NCBI GenBank assembly: GCA_048887225.1
Contig: JBHLJY010000001.1
Location: 320,001-384,000, forward strand
DNA length: 64,000 nucleotides
Direction of reading: 5' to 3'
From: Candidatus Hodarchaeota archaeon
Lineage (GTDB): Archaea > Asgardarchaeota > Lokiarchaeia > Sigyniarchaeales > SOKP01
Shown: positions 29,379 to 38,106 of the stretch, in pieces
Numbering within the stretch: the first letter of the stretch is position 1
Layout of the letters: each line of letters opens with the position of its first letter
Program-made: the position numbers and the translations under genes
The notes under the pieces: model-generated
Database searches by the model: none
What the model saw: only the letters and a program-made list of their open reading frames with translations
What the model was told of the DNA's origin: nothing

Positions 29379-32300
29379 AAAAAATGAGAGGTAGTAGAAC
29401 ATTAAAAAAAATCGCACCTTTTTTGGTTGTTGTAGGAATTTTTACAGCAATGGCCGCTCCTTTAGCATTACATACAATAAACGAACTAACGCCTTATTTG
29501 AATTTAAGCGATGTGGTGGAGATGCCTGAAGCGACGATGCTTGATAGCTTCGAGATTGTTGATAAAGAATATGATAAAACTGCTGAAGAACGTCTATTTT
29601 CAGTATCAAATACAGAGATTAAAACAACTCATCCTATCTATGAAGTTGATGGAATTTTCCTACAAAGCGAATACGATACTATGAAGTATCCGAGAAATTA
29701 TTTTACTGAAGGAAAAGTATATATCCATGATAACGTAATAGATGTAGGATACAATCCTTTACCAAACTATACATATTCAAATGTACATACTCGTTCGACT
29801 TTTCTAACTAGAGAGGTATTTAACATAAGTCAGTCTGCTGATGATGCTTACATCCAATTTGGACCGCCTATTTACCCCAGTGGGGCTACTCTGGATTTAG
29901 GAGGTGCTAAATTTCTAATAGGCGGTTACCAAATTTGTTTAAGGTGGAATTTATCGATACCAGAAAATTCTAATATCATTTATACATACTTAGATCTTAC
30001 TTTAAAGAGTGCTAATCTTAATGGATTTATTAGTGAATTTTTTACATTTGATAGCATTAATACATCTGATTTTTCAGATACAAATGAAAATATTTATCAG
30101 ACTCGACCACTAATTGAGCCTGGAGTTATATGGGATCTCTACAACAAACCTGTTATCGCTAATGTAACTTGGAAATCTCCAGATATTTCATCTCTTATGA
30201 ACCTTATAATAGGACGTGATGATTGGAAAAACAATAGCATTTTTGGATTATTTTTAGAAGCGGGAGATCTCTATGTTGCCGACCCTGATAGTGACGGAGT
30301 TGAGGACGGGGAGTTTGTAAGTTTCCATTCCTTTGATGGCCCTAATCCCCTGTATAAACCTAAATTAAATGTTGGATGGGAAAAAAAAGCTGACCCTTAT
30401 ACATATAAGAAATTAGAAATAAGTAAAACCTGGCAGCATATCGACACAGGACATAATATATTAAATGTAATTGGAGTTTGGAACACCTCAGATCATTCTT
30501 ATGGAAATCTATATAATGAATCGAATGGAGATTATTTCGATGGAAAACATATTTATTTAAAAACTCCACAACCTCGGAATCAAACATCTCTGTGGTATTC
30601 AATTAAATCAGATGAAGCCCCTGTAGTCGTAGAATATACTATTAAAGAATGGACATCAATAACTTGGCGCTTTAATCTGAAACTCGATAATCGAGGTGAT
30701 AACGATGTAATATTTCCTGCCGCTAACGTTACGCTTAATTATTTAGATGAAAGGTTAGGAGAAGGATGGATCCCTCACACTTACGAAGTTCCGGCTCATC
30801 AGGACGAAATATTTGAGATGTATATAATTATGGAAAACGATAAACAGACTTCACTTTTCGTAAATGCTTTGCTTCTTGGCTTACCAATAGAGTTAATAGG
30901 AATAATGGAGATTTACATTCTCATTGAGGATGCAAATGGAGATCCTCTATTACCTATAAAACAGTCTCAGGAATTTGAATTTTTTGTGCCTGCTGCCGAG
31001 AGAGGACCTCCTCCATTCATCCATTCGCTAAATAGAGGTGGAGTTTCCGCATATGAAGATGTAGAGATTACCATAACAGCGACGGACGAGGGAACCGGAA
31101 TAAATGATCATGGACGGTCATTTATTTACTATTCTGTTGATAACGGTATTTCTTGGGAACAAGCCCAACTGACAGGACCTCCGTGGGATTGGAAATTTAA
31201 GGGTGAATATCTTGGGAGTGGGACTTATCCATTAAATTCAACTTTATCACCACAAACTTATTCAGGAGAAATACCTGGATTTCAAGGGGGCACTCATGTT
31301 CTTTTCTACATTTATCTCGAAGATTATGCTGATAATTATGAGCATAAAAAACCTGGTAATATTGCCATATCCCAAACATATTCGTATGTTGTTCCTTCTG
31401 GTGGTGCATTGCCATCATTTTCGGTTGAGTTTGTGGAAATTATTGAGGATGATGCTGGGGATAAGTTTTTTGACTACATCGAAGAGCACGGTATTAATAT
31501 AAATTATTATTTATATTCAAAAGGCACATGGTTTACAGCTAATTGGGTATTTAAGTATTTACCATATATAACGACTTTTGCCGAAATCCTTTATGACAAG
31601 GATGTTGACCACAATTATGCAAATGACCTTATAGTTATCGATTTACCGACCGCAATTGGGATACTGGCAGATTCAGGTGTAGCTTCAGGTTATTTACTGC
31701 AGGGCCTTGGTATAAATCTTGAAGACTTCTTTACTTACCTTGTAGATCATATTATGTTGCCAGTAAACGATGAATATAGCTACATTGCACAACAAAGACG
31801 AAAAGAGATATTTATTGTTGATAACTTGGAAGGATCTTTTGTAGGGGATTGGAGTTCGATTCCTTCAGATGTAGTAAATGAATATGATGATTCAAAATTT
31901 ACAAAGATTCAACTTAATGACACATACACTATAAAGTATTCTGAGGACGATGCATATACACGGAATACTGGGACAATTTATAACGGCTTAACTCTTGCCT
32001 TAGGAGGGTATAAAAATCTTGATTCTGCTTACCAAAGAAGAATTTGCTTAAGATATAATCTTACTATCCCAAAAAACGCTGTAATTTTAAATGCATACTT
32101 AAATCTTACAGTTGAGAGTTGGAGTACGGTGGGTGGTTCTGCCTATAATGGATTTACAAGTCAAATTTGGACTTTCGATAATGTCTCAACGCCCGATTTC
32201 TCAAATTCAGGAGAAAATATTATGAATACGCGATCTCGTGTCTCGGGACCAATAGATTGGCCGATGCCAGATTATATTACTATTACCAAAAACCAATCGT

Positions 32301-33685
32301 ACTTATCACCAGATATCGCTTCTCTTTTGCAAAATATCGTTAATCGTGACAATTGGCAAAGTGCCAGTGAAAACAGCACTTTTGGGATTTATATTGATGC
32401 ATCAACCGGATTAAATGAGCGATTATATTTCCATTCTTTTGACGGACCTAATCCTGATTATACACCAAAATTAATTGTTAATTGGGCGGAGCCTCTTACT
32501 CCTACATATAAACAATCAGATTTCGATGCAACTGATCAACTTATAACAACAGACTATAACATAATAAATGTCATTGGAGTCTGGAACACTTCGGATCATT
32601 CTTATGGAAATCTATATAATGAATCAAATGGAGATTATTTCACTGGAAATTATACCATTTTGAAAACTCCACAACCTTTGAATCAAACAGCTTTATGGAT
32701 TAGATATGAATCAGATGAAATTCTTGTAGAATCAGACAACGAATTGAATATAAATGGTGAATCCATAGGAACAAGATCATTAAAATGGGCCAGATCTGAG
32801 CCATCGATTCTTATACGTGATGAAAGTTTAAATTATATTATAGACATTGAAGATTACTATAATATTATAGACATTGAAGAAGAAGAAATTCTGACATTTT
32901 ACATTGATTATAATAACTATACAAGACTAAATGGCAAAATTTCCTTTAATTTCGTTGATAATCTCGGAAGAAAAATGAGGTCCAATCCAATCCAATTTGG
33001 AAATACATCTTATGGAGATTGGCAAGAAATAGCACTACCTATTAATTACCAAAATTTTAGAATAGACACTGGGTTTGATTTCAAAGCGGAAAAATTAATT
33101 GAATTTGAATATAGTGGAACTGAGCAAGTGGAGATTTACATCGATCATATAAGCATCTATTCTAAAGATGCTTATAGCTCACATCAATATTTTACATATA
33201 ATTTACAAATAAGGTATTCGGATTTTAGCTATTTTCTCGCAAATGTTTTCCTGAAGCCAGCACTAAAAGAAAAGATAATACCCAATACCGGAGATCCCAA
33301 CCTTAAATGGAATCAAGACAGATCACATACGAGCTATTGGAACTTTCTTGACTTGATTGCAACGAGTAAAGTATTTGTAAACGAATGGGACGATGAAGAA
33401 TTTAATCAGCATTCGACAGGAGCCAACCTACTCTTAGAATGGTATGGTGTACAAAACCAATTTGAAGCATTTTGTTCGTTAATTGGCGCTGAAATTGAGG
33501 AATTAGAACCGGCCACCACGGAGGAGGATATATATCCCTACGCTCAAAAATTCGCAATGACGGCGATTTATTTTTCCTTAGGATTCATTGCCTCTCTTGC
33601 GAGCATTAAAAGGATAGGGAGATATCGAAGTAGAAAAAAAATAGAAAAAATAAGGAAAAAATACGGAAAAAAAATAATAAAGTAG
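29375..33685 (+). CDS. Large surface glycoprotein B1 (two DNRLRE/CBM96-like modules, LEA_2/WHy-like domain, C-terminal TM)
   Basis: N-terminal TM; LDNRGDND...LGEG...VPA (LEA_2-like); repeated DDA..ICLR.NL.IP..PKL module; TM plus Lys/Arg tail. Confidence 0.8.
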   Translation: MKKMRGSRTLKKIAPFLVVVGIFTAMAAPLALHTINELTPYLNLSDVVEMPEATMLDSFEIVDKEYDKTAEERLFSVSNTEIKTTHPIYEVDGIFLQSEYDTMKYPRNYFTEGKVYIHDNVIDVGYNPLPNYTYSNVHTRSTFLTREVFNISQSADDAYIQFGPPIYPSGATLDLGGAKFLIGGYQICLRWNLSIPENSNIIYTYLDLTLKSANLNGFISEFFTFDSINTSDFSDTNENIYQTRPLIEPGVIWDLYNKPVIANVTWKSPDISSLMNLIIGRDDWKNNSIFGLFLEAGDLYVADPDSDGVEDGEFVSFHSFDGPNPLYKPKLNVGWEKKADPYTYKKLEISKTWQHIDTGHNILNVIGVWNTSDHSYGNLYNESNGDYFDGKHIYLKTPQPRNQTSLWYSIKSDEAPVVVEYTIKEWTSITWRFNLKLDNRGDNDVIFPAANVTLNYLDERLGEGWIPHTYEVPAHQDEIFEMYIIMENDKQTSLFVNALLLGLPIELIGIMEIYILIEDANGDPLLPIKQSQEFEFFVPAAERGPPPFIHSLNRGGVSAYEDVEITITATDEGTGINDHGRSFIYYSVDNGISWEQAQLTGPPWDWKFKGEYLGSGTYPLNSTLSPQTYSGEIPGFQGGTHVLFYIYLEDYADNYEHKKPGNIAISQTYSYVVPSGGALPSFSVEFVEIIEDDAGDKFFDYIEEHGININYYLYSKGTWFTANWVFKYLPYITTFAEILYDKDVDHNYANDLIVIDLPTAIGILADSGVASGYLLQGLGINLEDFFTYLVDHIMLPVNDEYSYIAQQRRKEIFIVDNLEGSFVGDWSSIPSDVVNEYDDSKFTKIQLNDTYTIKYSEDDAYTRNTGTIYNGLTLALGGYKNLDSAYQRRICLRYNLTIPKNAVILNAYLNLTVESWSTVGGSAYNGFTSQIWTFDNVSTPDFSNSGENIMNTRSRVSGPIDWPMPDYITITKNQSYLSPDIASLLQNIVNRDNWQSASENSTFGIYIDASTGLNERLYFHSFDGPNPDYTPKLIVNWAEPLTPTYKQSDFDATDQLITTDYNIINVIGVWNTSDHSYGNLYNESNGDYFTGNYTILKTPQPLNQTALWIRYESDEILVESDNELNINGESIGTRSLKWARSEPSILIRDESLNYIIDIEDYYNIIDIEEEEILTFYIDYNNYTRLNGKISFNFVDNLGRKMRSNPIQFGNTSYGDWQEIALPINYQNFRIDTGFDFKAEKLIEFEYSGTEQVEIYIDHISIYSKDAYSSHQYFTYNLQIRYSDFSYFLANVFLKPALKEKIIPNTGDPNLKWNQDRSHTSYWNFLDLIATSKVFVNEWDDEEFNQHSTGANLLLEWYGVQNQFEAFCSLIGAEIEELEPATTEEDIYPYAQKFAMTAIYFSLGFIASLASIKRIGRYRSRKKIEKIRKKYGKKIIK
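32835..32880 (+). repeat. 19-bp direct repeat with 27-bp period (in-frame 9-aa duplication unique to B1)
   Basis: ATATTATAGACATTGAAGA at 32835 and 32862; paralog B2 has a single copy. Confidence 0.85.
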
Positions 33686-33694
33686 TGAAAGGAA

Positions 33695-34780
33695 ATGGAA
33701 AAAAGCAAATCTAAATATCCGGAAACATTAGGAATAGTTATAGCGAAAGTATCTCAGAGTTTAAAGAGAAATCGTAAAATTGTAATTTCCATCTTTATTG
33801 GAATAGTTTTACCCTGGATTTTATCGTTAATTTTCGTCATTGCTTTAGACCGAACGCATGGATTGTCTGATGAGCTTACAGAGGACGCTGGACTTTTGTT
33901 TCGAATAATAATCTTTTATACTTTTACTTTAACATACGATCTTCCTGTCCTTGGGAAAGGGTTTTGGCTTTGTATCTTTATTTGGGCTGCCACAGGGCTG
34001 TTTATTGGACTTATTTCACAAAAGATGGGGAAGAGTTTAATTGCAGCATTGATCGGGTTAGGAGTTAATTTTATTCTCTATTTGGTCCTAATTCCAGTAC
34101 CCTATACGTCATTTCCAGATGATATGGACATTGATACATTAATTTTTACAAAAGTTTATTCTGAATTTGTTCTAGCTACACCATATTATCTTTTATTTCT
34201 GATTTTATTTCACTCGTTTGCCTTTCCTATCTTAATGCTTTTCACGCTATTAGGGATATTGTTTAACCCACCAAGAAGAACTCGTGTGACTCCTTCTGAG
34301 GTTTTACCTGAGAAGATTAAATCAGAAGCCATTTCGGAACCGAAAGTTAAAGCAGAACCAGTAACTGACATAGCAACTAAAGAAGAGAAGAAACTGAGAG
34401 GATTTGCTGGGATTGTTTATAATCAATTCCAACCTTTAAATGCTAACGAAGAATTTAAAGAAAAATTCAAAAAGACATCTCTTAAGATTCTTTTGAACCC
34501 TATTGATGAATCAACAGCAGCCTTGGTAATTATGGATAAAGGAACTTTTAACGTACAGGAATACAAGAAATTTGATCCTCTCATGAAAATGGATAAAAAG
34601 AAAATTGGATTTGATGCGCTGTTACAAGTGCCAACTGAAATGATGTTTGACATTGCTATGGGAAAAATTTCTACAATGCAATTATTAAAAGCGACGAGGA
34701 AAGACAAAGATATAATAGTTAAAGGAAAATTAAAACTTTTGAAACTGACAAAAGCTCTTGGATTGCTAGCAAAAAGTTAA
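33695..34780 (+). CDS. Multi-TM membrane protein fused to a C-terminal SCP2-like (sterol-carrier) domain
   Basis: About 5 TM segments, P/E/K-rich linker, then ...DALLQVPTEMMFDIAMGKI...VKGKLKLLKL. Confidence 0.65.
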   Translation: MEKSKSKYPETLGIVIAKVSQSLKRNRKIVISIFIGIVLPWILSLIFVIALDRTHGLSDELTEDAGLLFRIIIFYTFTLTYDLPVLGKGFWLCIFIWAATGLFIGLISQKMGKSLIAALIGLGVNFILYLVLIPVPYTSFPDDMDIDTLIFTKVYSEFVLATPYYLLFLILFHSFAFPILMLFTLLGILFNPPRRTRVTPSEVLPEKIKSEAISEPKVKAEPVTDIATKEEKKLRGFAGIVYNQFQPLNANEEFKEKFKKTSLKILLNPIDESTAALVIMDKGTFNVQEYKKFDPLMKMDKKKIGFDALLQVPTEMMFDIAMGKISTMQLLKATRKDKDIIVKGKLKLLKLTKALGLLAKS

Positions 34781-34912
34781 AAATCATATCAAAATATAGA
34801 ATTAAATTTTTTTTTTTTTTTTAATATTATTTTGAATAAATAAAAATTATTCAATGGAGAATTAAGAAGTAGAAAGAATTTTCTAAAAAAATTGTTTTTT
34901 TAAAAAACGCAG

Positions 34913-35623
34913 ATGAAAGAATCAATTAAAGGAAAAACTAAGACACGTAAGATAGAGTTTGAAATACTAGAATATATAAACGAAAAACCTAATGGAGTGA
35001 CTATAACTGAAATTTCAAAGAACATAGGTTTTTCGAGAAATACTATTTCCAAATATATTTCAATCTTGGAATTAAAAAAAAAAATAGTAAGTAAAAAAAT
35101 AGGGGCTTATCGTTTATACTTTAGTACTAAGATGAAGGTTCTCTTAAAAATATTTACAGAAGTTTATTATAAAGCACTTTTAGCTGGTTTAAAGGACGAA
35201 TTTCCAGATGCAGAGGAAACTTTTAAAGAAATTGGTCGAAATAGCCTCGAATTTATAGATAATTATCTTACTTCTTCGAACTCGGAAAAATTAAAAGGTA
35301 TAAAGATTAATCTCCTCTTAAAATTATATTATGATGTGTTTGGTAAATTCAATTCTTCTCTCAATAGAATTCAACCTATTATCAACCTTTCAAAGAGAAG
35401 AAAAGAAGGAACGACTAAATTTATATTAAGACATACGGATTCTGAATTTTTAGATAATTCTAATAAATTTATATATCATTATTATATTATTGCTGGCCTT
35501 ATTGAGGCAATTTGGAAAAAGAAAATAAATAGAGATGCGGTATGCAACGTTGAGACGATATATGTTTCTGACGATAAAGAGCACTCATATATTGAATTTT
35601 CAATTGAAGTTGAAAAGCGTTAA
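34913..35623 (+). CDS. HTH regulator with C-terminal V4R/Bet3-like domain
   Basis: GVTITEISKNIGFSRNTISKYI; FKEIGR; HYYIIAGLIEA...CNV. Confidence 0.75.
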   Translation: MKESIKGKTKTRKIEFEILEYINEKPNGVTITEISKNIGFSRNTISKYISILELKKKIVSKKIGAYRLYFSTKMKVLLKIFTEVYYKALLAGLKDEFPDAEETFKEIGRNSLEFIDNYLTSSNSEKLKGIKINLLLKLYYDVFGKFNSSLNRIQPIINLSKRRKEGTTKFILRHTDSEFLDNSNKFIYHYYIIAGLIEAIWKKKINRDAVCNVETIYVSDDKEHSYIEFSIEVEKR

Positions 35624-35739
35624 AAAAAGAGATGAAAAATACTTAGATTGACTTTATTTAATTTCAGTAAGAAAAAATTAATAAGCCCTTCTTTTTCTAG
35701 TATTAAGAAGGTATGATTAAAAGAATATATTAAAGCAAA

Positions 35740-36048
35740 GTGGGATTTTTGACTTTAAAAGTTGTTCAAGACCTTTGGATTCTTTTAGATAGCGGAATAG
35801 TCCTATTTAGTAGAGTATATAATCCAAAAATCAACCAACAGCTTTTTGGTTCTTTGATGACAGCTTTAAATAGTTTTGCGGGAGAACTTGCTGCTGGAGG
35901 TCTTACAAGTTTTGAGCTCAAATAAATTCGATTTACTTTAATAAAAAATAAAAAATTTATATTTGTAGCAAACTCTTTAAAAAAAATTAAGGAAAAGCGC
36001 GTTTTTGAAGAATTTAAAAGCATTGCAATGGTGAGAAAAAAGGGATAA
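35740..36048 (+). pseudogene. Longin-like small protein pseudogene, truncated by the duplicated cassette
   Basis: DLWIL.DSGIVLF.R...QLFGSLMTALNSFA.EL..GGLTSFELK*IRFTLIK..KFIFVANS; in-frame TAA at 35923; sequence from ~36033 is copied from the 3' end of gene 26480-27319. Confidence 0.7.
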
Positions 36049-36081
36049 AACTCATAAAAAGAAGAAAAATTGAGGAGGTAG

Positions 36082-38106
36082 ATGAAAATGAATAGATTCC
36101 ATACTAAAATTAAATTACTCCCTATAGTTTTCCTTTTTTCTATTTTTATCCCGTTTTTGATTCTGCCGTTCTTTAGTAGTAGGCCTTTTAATCCTTCTTC
36201 CAATTCTTCAGAAGAACAGGCTCAAACTAAGGAACACGATACACCTCCTAAATTACCTCCCTCGATTTCAGGTATAAATCATACAAATGATATTTTTCCC
36301 ATAAAAGCCTCAGCGGATGATGCTACGAATAATGAATCTGGTCCTCCTTATATAAACTACACTTCTCATACTCTAACTGTAGGAGGGAAGAGAAATGATG
36401 ATGACATAAGACAGAGAAGAATCTGTTTGCGATTTAACGTTTTACTCCCAAAATATGCTAAAATCCATAATGCTTACTTAAATCTTACGGGATCCCAAGT
36501 ATCCCCATCGGTCCTGGGAGGGGGGTTAAGATTTTTTGTGATTCAAGATATAGCTACACCTGATTTTTCAAATACAAATGAAAACGTTTATAAGGAACGA
36601 CCCATAAGTGATTATGTAGATGATTTTGGATCTGGTCCTGATGAAAACCAGACAATTCAGTATGATGTTAAAAATCTTGTAGAATATATTACTGGCGAAT
36701 CTGATTGGGAAAATAATAGCATTATAGGATTTATAATTAAACCAGTTAAACCAGCTAGCACAGATTCCTGGACCAACAAATATTTTAATTTCTGGTCGTT
36801 TGATAGTCCCGATCCCAAATACTATCCGAAATTAATTGTAGATTGGGAAGAGACACCCATTATTACGTCTAAACCTGCGGATCAAACTATAAATAATAAC
36901 ACTCTAGGCTATTATATAGAGTGGACCGCTGTGGACGACAATCCAACGATCTATACTATTGAATGTAATTATACGGGGTCTTTCGTACAAGTGGAAAACG
37001 ATACGTGGCAATCTGGTGTTGAGATTAGGTATAATATACCAAAACTCGATATTGGCGTTTCTGATTATATAATTGTTAATTATACTATTAACATTACTGA
37101 TGCAGATGGAAAATTTGACTGGGATTCAGTCCTTATTAATGTTACTGATTTAGGACTCCCTGTTTTCTCTGATGTTAGACTTTTACAAGGGGATGCTAAT
37201 TTTACTTACAATGAGAGGGATTATTTTATATGTGGTGATGGTCCGTTTTCCTTGCAGATGTTTAACAGTACTCCTGTCAATAATATTGAACTTGAGCTTA
37301 CTGCATATTGTCCAGACTATCAATTATCTTTTGATTTATCTTACCAATGGTATTTTGAACCATATACTTACTGTCCAGTGATATTCGAGTTAAATTATAG
37401 CACTGAATTGGGATGCTTTAATTTTACGCCCCCCTTTTGGGCTTATTATTTATGGGCCTGGTGGATAAAGGGCTTACCGAACCCCGTATTTTTTTTGAAT
37501 AGGACAGTTACCTCTATTTCGTATAATATTTTAAATTTTCTTAACTTAACGGTTGATGGGGGGTCAGATTTCATTGTAGGAGATACAATAGTATTTGCTC
37601 CTGCAATCTATGAAATCTTAAATAAGGATACTCGTCCACCGAAATATGGAAATCCAGAATTTATTGAACCGGATGATCCTGACGAGCATTATGCAATAAA
37701 TATGCGGGCATGGGAAGGTAATGAATATGAATCAGGAGTTTCTGAGGTTTTACTTTATTATTCGGTTGACGATGGTAAATGGAGAGAAGTCCCCATGCTA
37801 TTATCTCAAGAATTGTATAAAGGGGAAATTCCACCCCAACCAGAGGGAGTGGACTTAGACTATTATATAGTAATTAGAGATGTTGCTGGAAATTCAATTA
37901 CTACAAAAGTATATTCTGAAAAAACCGTTGATTTTGAAGGGAACCCAGTGATTGTTCTATTACTCATTCTTATTATTGCAATGATCGGAGCAATTTCAAC
38001 TGTATTAATCTACAAATTATTGCGAAGAACATTTTCAAAAAAAAAATATAAAATGGAAATTAAAATGGAATCTAAAAGAAAATTATCGAAATTAAAGGAG
38101 GTTTGA
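36082..38106 (+). CDS. Surface glycoprotein A2 (paralog of A1)
   Basis: Near-identical N-terminus and Ig-like blocks to 27306-29378. Confidence 0.8.
   Translation: MKMNRFHTKIKLLPIVFLFSIFIPFLILPFFSSRPFNPSSNSSEEQAQTKEHDTPPKLPPSISGINHTNDIFPIKASADDATNNESGPPYINYTSHTLTVGGKRNDDDIRQRRICLRFNVLLPKYAKIHNAYLNLTGSQVSPSVLGGGLRFFVIQDIATPDFSNTNENVYKERPISDYVDDFGSGPDENQTIQYDVKNLVEYITGESDWENNSIIGFIIKPVKPASTDSWTNKYFNFWSFDSPDPKYYPKLIVDWEETPIITSKPADQTINNNTLGYYIEWTAVDDNPTIYTIECNYTGSFVQVENDTWQSGVEIRYNIPKLDIGVSDYIIVNYTINITDADGKFDWDSVLINVTDLGLPVFSDVRLLQGDANFTYNERDYFICGDGPFSLQMFNSTPVNNIELELTAYCPDYQLSFDLSYQWYFEPYTYCPVIFELNYSTELGCFNFTPPFWAYYLWAWWIKGLPNPVFFLNRTVTSISYNILNFLNLTVDGGSDFIVGDTIVFAPAIYEILNKDTRPPKYGNPEFIEPDDPDEHYAINMRAWEGNEYESGVSEVLLYYSVDDGKWREVPMLLSQELYKGEIPPQPEGVDLDYYIVIRDVAGNSITTKVYSEKTVDFEGNPVIVLLLILIIAMIGAISTVLIYKLLRRTFSKKKYKMEIKMESKRKLSKLKEV

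Noticed and set aside
22982-36048. TAA read-through or recoding suggested by two genes with in-frame TAA (GNAT at ~23033, longin at 35923)
   Set aside because: TAA is the normal stop for most genes here and both genes are also truncated, so they are pseudogenes.
35766-36203. Minus-strand 145-aa ORF and its twin at 27191-27427
   Set aside because: Antisense shadows; their similarity only reflects the cassette duplication.
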